From the IMG/VR virus record IMGVR_UViG_3300011443_000052, positions 1 through 25,356 of that record: a stretch of DNA of 25,356 nucleotides. One strand, given 5' to 3'. Numbering within the stretch: position 1 is the stretch's first letter; each line of letters starts with the position of its first letter. Source of the stretch: a virus. Lineage: Duplodnaviria > Caudoviricetes. Below the pieces are notes generated by a model, which did no database searches, was not told the origin of the DNA, and saw only the letters and a program-made list of their open reading frames with translations. The position numbers and the translations under genes were made by a program. Positions 15,342 through 22,497 of the stretch are shown in pieces.

Positions 15342-16138
15342 CCTTCCTCCTTGTGCGCGAAGTCCGCGCTGACCAGCCATCCGTTGCGCGGCCTGTTGAG
15401 CAGGATCAGGCGCACCAGTGCCCGGTCCGGCTGGCCGAGTCCCTGGTACACCTTCGGGGCCGTGCAAGGGACGTTCATCCCCTCGGTCTGGCGCATGGTC
15501 GCGCCGATGATCCGGCCCTTGGTGTCGAGGTGGAACTGCCGGAATCCCCGCACCGTGGCGGGCGGGTTCGGCCGGCACGTCCACTTCCAGACCGAGGACG
15601 GGGCCGGGACCGGGTTGAGGAACGCGCCGAACTGGATCGTGGGGCGCAGCTTCTCGGCGTACTTCCGCAGGACGGTCCCTCGCTCCCACCGCCCGGTCGG
15701 ACAGATGGGGTCGTCGATCCACCACCAGGTGACCCGGTTCTCCACCTTGGAGCGAGGCCAGATACCGACGCAGTGGTCGCCGTCGAACGCACCCGAGCAC
15801 GTCGCGTTGCCGAACTGGTCGCTATCGCCCTGGAGCGCGACGTAGTGGCCGCTCTTGAGCTGACTGATGAGCGCCGTCCAGCCCTTGCCACCGTGGTCTA
15901 CGAACCCGACGCCGTACCGGCCCATGGCCTTCGCGAGGTCCGCGAGGCTCCACCCGGGCGTCTGCGGGTTCGTCTCCTCGGTCCGCTTGACGAGGGCGTG
16001 GATCTGGTCCGGCGTCGGGTCGTGCCGGCCGCCGGTCGTGGCGTAGATGCCGTTCGCGCCCGAGGTCCACGTACAGCCTGACTGGCGCGTGATCGCGGAG
16101 CAGCCGGGGTCGTACTGCGACTGGTGGTTCAGCGTCAC
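15338..16138 (-). CDS. Endolysin candidate, peptidase C39-like (papain fold) with an unrecognised C-terminal domain
   Basis: SQ...SGCTWTS (Gln, catalytic Cys), GDHCVGI (His), WIDDP (Asp); flanked by membrane protein genes. Confidence 0.75.
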   Translation of the reverse strand: MTLNHQSQYDPGCSAITRQSGCTWTSGANGIYATTGGRHDPTPDQIHALVKRTEETNPQTPGWSLADLAKAMGRYGVGFVDHGGKGWTALISQLKSGHYVALQGDSDQFGNATCSGAFDGDHCVGIWPRSKVENRVTWWWIDDPICPTGRWERGTVLRKYAEKLRPTIQFGAFLNPVPAPSSVWKWTCRPNPPATVRGFRQFHLDTKGRIIGATMRQTEGMNVPCTAPKVYQGLGQPDRALVRLILLNRPRNGWLVSADFAHKEEG

Positions 16139-16443
16139 TGCTCGTCACCCAGGCGGTTGGTCAGGTACAGCCCGAGCCAGACGACCGGGATCAGCAGGAA
16201 CGCGAACAGGGAGAGCCGGAACAGGGCGCGGGCCAGGTCGTTGGCGAACAGCGCCCAGCCGGAGTCGGTGTTGAACACGAGGACGACGCACACGGTCCCG
16301 AACGCCGACAGGACGACCGCGATGATGGCCCGCTCGACCAGGGCGCCGATGCGCGGCGGCTGCCGTGCGGCGCGGACGAGCAGGAACGTCGAGGCCCATG
16401 ACGCAACCGTCAGGGCGATCAACGCGATGGACAGCCAGTTCAA
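16135..16443 (-). CDS. Membrane protein, 3 predicted TM helices (holin-like)
   Basis: Three hydrophobic segments; TTGA and GTGA overlaps with its neighbours. Confidence 0.75.
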   Translation of the reverse strand: MNWLSIALIALTVASWASTFLLVRAARQPPRIGALVERAIIAVVLSAFGTVCVVLVFNTDSGWALFANDLARALFRLSLFAFLLIPVVWLGLYLTNRLGDEQ

Positions 16444-16655
16444 CGGTCAAGACCGTTGCCGTAGGCGCGGTAGGCCGACCGAATGCGCTCTGCGCCCCTC
16501 GAGTGCGACAACTCGATCCGACGCTCCACCTCCTGCCGGATCGCGATGGAGCGCTCGTGGATGTACCGGGTGCGCTCGTCGTGGCGAGCCTCGGCCGCCC
16601 GGTCGTACCAGGGGAGCAGGTCCTCGATGACACGCCGGACCCTAGTCGGGATCAT
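16440..16655 (-). CDS. Small charged helical protein in the lysis cassette, 71 aa
   Basis: MIPTRVRRVIEDLLPWYDRAAEARHDER...; fills the gap and overlaps both neighbours. Confidence 0.65.
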   Translation of the reverse strand: MIPTRVRRVIEDLLPWYDRAAEARHDERTRYIHERSIAIRQEVERRIELSHSRGAERIRSAYRAYGNGLDR

Positions 16656-16914
16656 GGATGGACGCCGGCTGCTCGGCCGGACGCTTGCGGACGGGCCGTT
16701 CACCGGTCACGGCCCTCGCCAGCTTCTCGAGGGCCTCGCCGTTGCGGACTGCCTGGATCTCGGCGGTGATCCGCGACTGGCGCTCCTGCCGGTAGACCCA
16801 CCCGGGCACCCACCATTGGCGGTACAAGCCAACGGCCGCGACGATGACGAAGAGCAGGAAGAGTGCGAACCCACCGAGGTCCGCAAGCGACTGAGCGAAC
16901 TCGGGTGACAGCAC
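16642..16914 (-). CDS. Single-TM membrane protein, first gene of the lysis cassette
   Basis: LGGFALFLLFVIVAAVGLY followed by WWVPGW and a charged helical tail. Confidence 0.7.
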   Translation of the reverse strand: MLSPEFAQSLADLGGFALFLLFVIVAAVGLYRQWWVPGWVYRQERQSRITAEIQAVRNGEALEKLARAVTGERPVRKRPAEQPASIHDPD

Positions 16915-16918
16915 TCAC

Positions 16919-16954
16919 GGGGCCCGTCGGAAGGAGGGTCTACCGACGGACCCC
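16919..16954 (-). promoter_or_regulatory. 12-bp stem-loop just upstream of the first lysis gene
   Basis: Minus strand GGGGTCCGTCGG-tagaccctcctt-CCGACGGGCCCC, ending 4 nt before the GTG at 16914. Confidence 0.55.
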
Positions 16955-16985
16955 GAGGTTCGCCCGCCGCACATCACGGCTCTCA

Positions 16986-17014
16986 ATGATGGGGCGCGAC
17001 AACGATCGTGACAA
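16986..17014 (-). promoter_or_regulatory. Putative lysis/late promoter overlapping integrase arm-type sites
   Basis: TTGTCA-17 nt-CATCAT. Confidence 0.4.
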
Positions 17015-17163
17015 CGAGCGGGCGGTGTCTGTGGGGGTCTGTGGGGGTCTGCGCGTGCCTACCGGGCACTTGCCCGAATGGACCGCGCCAGCGAGGCGTT
17101 AAGTGCACGTTGACTGGGATCGTGCGCCGAAGGGCCGATCGACAACGATCGCGCCCACGATCT
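16998..17163. other. attP (phage attachment site)
   Basis: Immediately downstream of int. Core GTTAA-GTGCACG-TTGAC (17098-17114, imperfect inverted repeat around 7 bp). Arm-type direct repeats GACAACGATCG (16998), GACAACGAGCG (17010), GACAACGATCG (17141), degenerate GCCCACGATCT (17153). Confidence 0.75.
17027..17051 (+). repeat. 10-bp tandem repeat (GTCTGTGGGG x2.5), candidate Xis-binding sites
   Basis: GTCTGTGGGG GTCTGTGGGG GTCTG between the left arm sites and the core; period of about one helical turn. Confidence 0.6.
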
Positions 17164-18262
17164 AGCCCGTCAACGCCCTCCCGAGGCCGTCCGCCGCCAC
17201 CCTGTCCTGCACCTCCGATGCACCCGCGTAGCCGCGCTGCGTGCCCTTCGTCTCATGCCCGGCGCGGGCCATGCGGATGTCCTCGGGCGTGCCGAGGTCG
17301 TGGAGGAACCGGAGGTTGCTGTGGCGGAGGTCGTGGACCCGACGCGGCTCCAGCCCAGCCCGCTCGCATGCCGCCTGGAACTCCCGCAGCACGTCCCGGA
17401 GGTGGTACGGGTTGCCCGACGGGGTGACGAACACGAGCCCGTGGTATGGCCAATCGGGGGTGCGCTCGCTCGCCATCCTGCGGCGGTGGGCCTCGAGCGC
17501 CGCCACGGTGCCGTGGTCGATGGCGATGCGATCCACGGCCCGCTCTACCTTCGGGGGTGCCGTGACCCACTCGCCGTCCATGCGGAGGAGCTGCGCGCGG
17601 ATCTCCACCCAGCCCGGACCCACGGCGTCCCACGCCAGCCCGCGCAGCTCGCCCGAGCGCATCCCCGTGACCAGGGCGAGGCGCCACATCGGGCCGAGCC
17701 TGTCCCCTGCCGTGACCTCGATGAGCCGGCGGGCCTCGTCCAGCGTCAGGGGCTTCGCCACCCGGCTGCGCTCGCGCTCGGGGAGGTCGACGCCCGAGGC
17801 CGGGTTCCACGCGAGGATCCGCTTCTTGACCGCGCGGGTGAGTGCGATGTTCAGGACGCTGTGGTAGTAGCGGGCCGACGCTGCGTCGAGGTCGTCGAAC
17901 CAGTCCTGGACGTGCTGCGCCCGCAGGGCTACGAGCTTGCGCCCGGCGAGGGGCTCCATCTTCGCCACGGCGTACGAGTAGGCGCGCAGCGTGTTGTCAC
18001 GTACCCGCCTCCCCTTCCGGAGCCCCGCGATCCACGAAGCGAGGTACTCCCCGACCGTCTGCCGGGTGGGGTCGAGGTCGAGTTCGCGCGCCTCGACGAG
18101 CTGCTTGCGGATTCGCTCGGCCTCCTTCGGGCTGGCCGCTCGTCGGTACACCCGCCGGCCGTCGGCCATGGTCACCGCCACCCGCCACCGCTTCTGTCCG
18201 GTCGGGGTCGGCTTGTCGGGGACGATCGAGCCCGTGCCCTTCGGTCGCGCCATCGGCGGCAT
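17162..18262 (-). CDS. int: Tyrosine integrase (start at 18262 or 18253)
   Basis: ARPKGTGSI N-terminus; catalytic R (TGMRSGEL), K (PPK), HxxR (HDLRH), H (AGH), Y (QRGY). Confidence 0.95.
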   Translation of the reverse strand: MPPMARPKGTGSIVPDKPTPTGQKRWRVAVTMADGRRVYRRAASPKEAERIRKQLVEARELDLDPTRQTVGEYLASWIAGLRKGRRVRDNTLRAYSYAVAKMEPLAGRKLVALRAQHVQDWFDDLDAASARYYHSVLNIALTRAVKKRILAWNPASGVDLPERERSRVAKPLTLDEARRLIEVTAGDRLGPMWRLALVTGMRSGELRGLAWDAVGPGWVEIRAQLLRMDGEWVTAPPKVERAVDRIAIDHGTVAALEAHRRRMASERTPDWPYHGLVFVTPSGNPYHLRDVLREFQAACERAGLEPRRVHDLRHSNLRFLHDLGTPEDIRMARAGHETKGTQRGYAGASEVQDRVAADGLGRALTG

Positions 18263-18428
18263 TATGGACTCCCGTCAACCAGCGTTCGACCGACCAGCGA
18301 GCGAGCAGGCCCCGCTCCACCTTGACCAGCGTCCGGTCGGACACGCGGCGCTTCACGGTCTCGACGGACACTCGGCCGAGGTCCGCCGCCTCGGCGTAGG
18401 TCAGGGGCCGGATGTCGTCGTCGGTCAC
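17997..18428 (-). CDS. xis: Excisionase-like HTH protein; its C-terminal tail overlaps int out of frame
   Basis: GTG coupled to the upstream stop; PLTYAEAADLGRVSVETVKRRVSDRTL...LARWSVERWL; directly upstream of int. Confidence 0.75.
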   Translation of the reverse strand: MTDDDIRPLTYAEAADLGRVSVETVKRRVSDRTLVKVERGLLARWSVERWLTGVHNAADGATEGHGLDRPRQADPDRTEAVAGGGDHGRRPAGVPTSGQPEGGRANPQAARRGARTRPRPHPADGRGVPRFVDRGAPEGEAGT

Positions 18429-18916
18429 CGGTCGGTGCTCGGCGGCGTGACCGTCACGCCCTCCACCCGGACCCGGACGACCCCGGCCATCAGCGGCGCC
18501 AGCCGGGCGAACGCATCGTCGGAGAGGTCCACCAGGCGCTCGCGGTTCTCGCCGCGGTAGCACTGGCACCAGTCGGTCAGCCGGACGACCACGCAGTCGC
18601 CGGCGCAGACCCGGACGCGGGTCCCACGCCAGCCCGGACCGAGGCTCCGGCGGAGCTCCGGGCCCGCCGCGGCGATGAGCCCGGCCGCCGGGTACCAGGA
18701 GGCCCGGCCGCTTAGGGGCCCCGGGCTCTGCGCTGCATCGGTCCCGCTCGACGGACGGGGAGCCACTCCACCAAGAGCTTGCTCCAGGCGGGACCCGTCG
18801 GCGGGGATGACCAACAGCGCAGAGCTCGGGGCCCCTGGGAGGACGAACGGGGCGGCCGTCACCTCCACGAACCAGATCCATGTTCCGAAGAGGATCGCCT
18901 GGAGGAGGCGGATCAC
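18425..18916 (-). CDS. RlpA-like double-psi beta-barrel protein with an N-terminal hydrophobic segment, 163 aa
   Basis: SGRASWY...AAAGP...GTRVRVC...VVVRLTDWC...RLVDLSDDAFARLAPLMAGVVRVRVE. Confidence 0.85.
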   Translation of the reverse strand: MIRLLQAILFGTWIWFVEVTAAPFVLPGAPSSALLVIPADGSRLEQALGGVAPRPSSGTDAAQSPGPLSGRASWYPAAGLIAAAGPELRRSLGPGWRGTRVRVCAGDCVVVRLTDWCQCYRGENRERLVDLSDDAFARLAPLMAGVVRVRVEGVTVTPPSTDR

Positions 18917-19266
18917 TGCCGACGGCTCTGACGGCCACGGACGAAGCACACCGAGCACGGGCAGGACCGCCGATGGCCCTTCGGGACGACGGGCAGCGGG
19001 CGGAACCGGGCGAGGTAGCGATCGGCCCGACTCAGGCTGGCGAACTGGAGCGCCCACAGGACGAGCACGGCCCGGCTGGGCGCGCCGACCCGCTCCTGGG
19101 CGGCGCGGATGTAGTGCGTCACGGATGGCCGCCCGATGCCCAGCAGCCTCGCGATGACCGCCGTGGAGCGGCCGTCCACGAGGTATGCAAGCACCTGTGC
19201 CTGGCGCGGCGTCAGGTCCGCCGGCGTCACTCGGGGCAGGACCGGCGAGACAGTGTGAGCGACCAC
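18913..19266 (-). CDS. LuxR-type HTH regulator with a C-terminal HxxxCPCxxC motif
   Basis: LTPRQAQVLAYLVDGRSTAVIARLLGIGRPSVTHYIRAAQERVGAPSRAVLV; GAGGGG upstream of GTG 19266 (start could be 19230). Confidence 0.85.
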   Translation of the reverse strand: MVAHTVSPVLPRVTPADLTPRQAQVLAYLVDGRSTAVIARLLGIGRPSVTHYIRAAQERVGAPSRAVLVLWALQFASLSRADRYLARFRPLPVVPKGHRRSCPCSVCFVRGRQSRRQ

Positions 19267-19310
19267 TGACTGTCGCCCCTCGATGGGGTCCGGTCCTGCC
19301 CCGAGGGGCG

Positions 19311-19409
19311 TCACCGCGTCACCGCCCACGCCACCACGGCCCAGAACAGGGCTGCGAACGGGAGGGCTACCAGGCAGCCGCGCCAGAAGCGGAGCGGGTC
19401 GTCAGGCAT
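19311..19409 (-). CDS. Small single-TM protein, 32 aa
   Basis: Manual translation MPDDPLRFWRGCLVALPFAALFWAVVAWAVTR; GGAG upstream. Confidence 0.55.
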   Translation of the reverse strand: MPDDPLRFWRGCLVALPFAALFWAVVAWAVTR

Positions 19410-19436
19410 CGGGCTGCTCCGCGTAGGCGCGGGCGA

Positions 19437-19895
19437 TCACCGCTTCCTCCCGGTCGCGCGGTCCTTCGCGATCTGCCACTCGGTGCGGCACCTACGGCAG
19501 CTCCGGTAGCCGCGACGGTCCACGCGGACGTTGTCGCCCGACAGCGGGTGCCCCTTGACGCAGTGGGTCTGGCGGGCGCGGCGGGCGGTTGGGCCTTCGC
19601 CCCGGAGCACGTTCTCGCGGTTGGTCACGAGGTCCAGGTGAGTCGGGTTTACGCAGGCCCGGTTTCGACACAGGTGGTCGAGCTGCATCTCATTCGGGAT
19701 GCGTCCGTAGTGGAGCCGCCACGCGACGCGGTGCGCCCGCAGGCGGTCTGGGCCGATGCTGAACACGCCGTAGCCGTCCGCGTTGATCTGCCCACGCCAC
19801 TCCCAACAGGCGCTATCGAGCCGGTGTACGTAGCCGCCGACTTGGACGCGCTCCCAGAACCGGAGCGGCATCGGCAGGGCGGTGTGCTGGTTCAC
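19437..19895 (-). CDS. HNH homing-type endonuclease with a C-terminal Cys/His motif
   Basis: RFWERV...CWEWRG...DGYG...AHRVAW...LDHLCRNRACVNPTHL...NREN...THCVKGH...RSCRRC. Confidence 0.92.
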   Translation of the reverse strand: MNQHTALPMPLRFWERVQVGGYVHRLDSACWEWRGQINADGYGVFSIGPDRLRAHRVAWRLHYGRIPNEMQLDHLCRNRACVNPTHLDLVTNRENVLRGEGPTARRARQTHCVKGHPLSGDNVRVDRRGYRSCRRCRTEWQIAKDRATGRKR

Positions 19896-20149
19896 GCCTC
19901 GTCCTCCACGTCCAGCGGCTCCGGGGCGGGGACGGGCTGGGAGGCGAGGTGGCGATCCGCCATGAGGCGCGCCGCCTCCGTTGCCAGGTCAACCGCCTTC
20001 GCCCACCCGGCCATCGCCTCATCGAACGCCTCGCGACACGAGGCATGGCTGGGCGGGATCACGTCGAGATCGACCGAGGCGAGGAACCGACGCATGGCCT
20101 CTGCCGTGCCCTCGTCCCGGTCTCCGGAGGGAGGCTGGGAGGTGCTCAT
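19892..20149 (-). CDS. Hypothetical protein, 85 aa
   Basis: Coupled on both sides by 4-nt start/stop overlaps. Confidence 0.65.
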   Translation of the reverse strand: MSTSQPPSGDRDEGTAEAMRRFLASVDLDVIPPSHASCREAFDEAMAGWAKAVDLATEAARLMADRHLASQPVPAPEPLDVEDEA

Positions 20150-20679
20150 GACTCGCCCGCCGCAGCAGCTCTACGGAGGATGTCGTGGACGCTCGACGGC
20201 ATCCCGGCCCGCTTCTCGGCCTCACGCTTCTGGCGAGGTGCGGTTCCGTTCGCTCGAGGGTTGGTTCCGAGTGCCCTCGGGTTCGTCCCGTCGATCCTTC
20301 GCCCCTCGAGAGGGGGAGGGGTAGTAGTTGGTTTGGTATGGTCTGGTTTGGTAGGCATTGCGATCGCATTGCCCTCCGCATTGCGTTCGCTCTGCCATCG
20401 CACTGCGGCACCTCGTGCGCCCGCATTGCTAAGGCGATTGCGGAGCGCATCGAGTCCGCGGATCGTGTAGGCGCCGTCGGCGGTCAGGACGAGCCCCTCC
20501 TCGACCAGGCGCGCCAGCACCCGGCGCGGTACGGCGCGGGGGATCGGGGGGTGCATCGGCCACGACGCATCGGCCACGTCCAGCAGCCGCGTCCACCACG
20601 CAAGGAGGTGGTCGTCGGCGTAGACGGCCGGGAACTCCAGCTGGAACCGGTGGTACAGGCGGGCATACCGCTCGCTCAT
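20146..20679 (-). CDS. Putative replication initiator, 177 aa
   Basis: Winged-helix-like N-terminus (VLARLVEEGLV), SNAGARGAAVRW motif, PTKPDHTKP linker; contains internal DNA repeats. Confidence 0.65.
   Translation of the reverse strand: MSERYARLYHRFQLEFPAVYADDHLLAWWTRLLDVADASWPMHPPIPRAVPRRVLARLVEEGLVLTADGAYTIRGLDALRNRLSNAGARGAAVRWQSERNAEGNAIAMPTKPDHTKPTTTPPPLEGRRIDGTNPRALGTNPRANGTAPRQKREAEKRAGMPSSVHDILRRAAAAGES
20321..20429 (+). repeat. Iteron-like repeats, candidate replication origin
   Basis: GCATTGC at 20355, 20366, 20378, 20423 and GCACTGC at 20400, next to a strand-skewed TGGTN pentamer run (20321-20354). Confidence 0.55.
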
Positions 20680-20918
20680 CGAGGCACCAGCCGTCCCCGC
20701 GGATGCCGCTGGACCGGACGCACCCGTCGGACCCGGGACACGTCACCGGAGCCGTCGCGGGCCGTGGGGTCGAACGCCGTCCGCGGGGACCACGTCGTGA
20801 GATCGGACCAGGCGCGGTGCAGGGGGGTCGCGTTGTGCTCCCTGACGCCCGGGACCGGGTCATCGAGGAGGGCGGTCACGGTGCCGCCACAGGCGCAGGG
20901 GCGGCGGACGGCGCTCAT
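20676..20918 (-). CDS. Hypothetical protein with CxC...H...H motif, 80 aa
   Basis: MSAVRRPCACGG...EHNATPLHRAW; ATGA overlaps on both sides. Confidence 0.6.
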   Translation of the reverse strand: MSAVRRPCACGGTVTALLDDPVPGVREHNATPLHRAWSDLTTWSPRTAFDPTARDGSGDVSRVRRVRPVQRHPRGRLVPR

Positions 20919-21031
20919 CGGTTGCGCCGGCGGGCGTCCCACCGCTCCGGCTCGCCGAGCGCGTCGGCGATGGCCGCCATGACGGCGAACGCCATGAGGA
21001 CGAACGCGCAGGCGAGGACGAACTCGATCAC
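20915..21031 (-). CDS. Small single-TM protein, 38 aa
   Basis: MIEFVLACAFVLMAFAVMAAIADALGEPERWDARRRNR; GTGA overlap, GGAGG upstream. Confidence 0.6.
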   Translation of the reverse strand: MIEFVLACAFVLMAFAVMAAIADALGEPERWDARRRNR

Positions 21032-21327
21032 GACACGGCCTCCAGGTACGCGAGCAGATCGGGACGCAGGGCCTTGCCGTTCAGCGTCTTCACCCGGTGG
21101 CACTCGGCGCACAGGGCGACCAGGTTGTCGACGGTGGTGCGGGACTTCATCCCGACCCCACCGGATGCCCGGACGTGGTCCAACTCGAGCCGCGAGGTGT
21201 GCGGGCCCACCCACCCGAGGCGCTGGCCCACGCAGCCGTTGTCACGGAGGTGGACGGCGAGCCGGATGTCGGCGGGGATCTGCGTGCCACGCGACGACTT
21301 CAGCGGCGAGAAGCGACGGAGCGTCAC
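21028..21327 (-). CDS. HNH endonuclease, 99 aa
   Basis: RLAVHLRDNGC...LELDHV...DNLVALCAECHRVKT. Confidence 0.85.
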   Translation of the reverse strand: MTLRRFSPLKSSRGTQIPADIRLAVHLRDNGCVGQRLGWVGPHTSRLELDHVRASGGVGMKSRTTVDNLVALCAECHRVKTLNGKALRPDLLAYLEAVS

Positions 21328-22238
21328 GCGAGCACCGCGTCTAGGGCTGCATCCACGGCCGCCTGCTCGTCGGTGGAGAACAGGGGCAGCGACTCGGCCT
21401 CGGCCGGGATCGTGAAGTCGACGCCCTTGATCCGGGAGACGACGAGGCGCGCTCGCGGTCGGCGGCCCGCCTGTTCGATGCGGTAGGCCTCGCCCTCGAC
21501 ATCCACCGTCGACCCCAGCAGCTCCGCGATCGGCACGCCGACGAACATCGCCTCGCCGATCGGGCCAGTGCAGAGCACCTCGTGGACGGCCGAGCCGCCC
21601 TCGATGTTGAGCCGGAACCCGATCAGGTGGCCGCTCGGCGTCTGGTGGTACTCGACGTCGTTGAACTGGCCGTCACCCTTCGCCACCGTGCCCGTGTAGG
21701 CCTTGTGGCCCTGCGAGACGTACTCGGGGGCCTCCGGCTTCTCGGCGGGCTCCTGGGCCGTCCCTGCGCGGCTACGGCGGGCCTGACGGTCGGAGGTGTC
21801 GGCCTGCTCTGGGTCATCGCCCGTCGAGAGTAGGAACCCCATGAGCAGGGCGTACTTCATGGCGTTCGTCTGGGCCTTCGGGCTGTACTTGTCGCCCGCG
21901 TCCGCGCCGGTGCCGAGACTCTGGATCGTCGCCGTCTCGCCGGACTCTGCGTCCACGAGGGTCCACGTCGTTCGGACGGTGATGGTGGTCATCGTCCCGC
22001 CGCTCTTCGTCTCGTGCTCCGACTGCTCGATCAGCTCGACGGAGGACGGCAGCATCGACACCTTCCGGGTCGCGAGCGCCGTGCGGATGACGTCGGCGGC
22101 GTCGCCGACCTGGACGAACATGAAGTGCCCGTACTCACCCGGCTTCTTGAAGCTGCCGTTCTTGGGGATCCGGCCGGCCTCGCCCATGACCTCGGCGAGC
22201 TTCGCGTGGAGCCCCTTCTTCAGAACAGCGGCCGTCAC
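21324..22238 (-). CDS. ERF-family single-strand annealing protein with an extra C-terminal domain, 304 aa
   Basis: LHAKLAEVM...IPKNG...LVDAESGE...GTGADAGDKYSPKAQTNAMKYALLMGFLLSTGDDPE; GTG start at 22238. Confidence 0.85.
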   Translation of the reverse strand: MTAAVLKKGLHAKLAEVMGEAGRIPKNGSFKKPGEYGHFMFVQVGDAADVIRTALATRKVSMLPSSVELIEQSEHETKSGGTMTTITVRTTWTLVDAESGETATIQSLGTGADAGDKYSPKAQTNAMKYALLMGFLLSTGDDPEQADTSDRQARRSRAGTAQEPAEKPEAPEYVSQGHKAYTGTVAKGDGQFNDVEYHQTPSGHLIGFRLNIEGGSAVHEVLCTGPIGEAMFVGVPIAELLGSTVDVEGEAYRIEQAGRRPRARLVVSRIKGVDFTIPAEAESLPLFSTDEQAAVDAALDAVLA

Positions 22239-22489
22239 GACAGGACGCTCACGATCTCGGGCGCGTCCCACTGGTTCGCAGCTGCGCGGAACGCATCGAT
22301 GGGCCGGCCCACGGCGGTGGTGTTCACCACCCGCAGCGCGACCCCGGACAGCGCAGCCCGGTAGACCTTCGGGCGGTCGTACGCGATGACGGCGCGGACG
22401 CCCTGGTGATCCCAGAGCCAGCGCACGATCTCCGCGCGCTCCTCGGGGTTGAGACGGGCGCGGACGAGGGACGTGGTCGTGAGGCTCAC
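22235..22489 (-). CDS. Hypothetical protein, 84 aa
   Basis: GTG with GAGGG upstream; stop overlaps the ERF start. Confidence 0.6.
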   Translation of the reverse strand: MSLTTTSLVRARLNPEERAEIVRWLWDHQGVRAVIAYDRPKVYRAALSGVALRVVNTTAVGRPIDAFRAAANQWDAPEIVSVLS

Positions 22490-22497
22490 ACCAACCC

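Noticed and set aside
16998-17163. Short repeats as a mini CRISPR array
   Set aside because: Repeats are only 10-11 bp without regular unique spacers, and no cas genes are present; attP architecture explains them
19402-19440. 12-codon ORF MIARAYAEQPDA coupled to the HNH stop
   Set aside because: Too short to support; may be chance or a scar of HNH insertion
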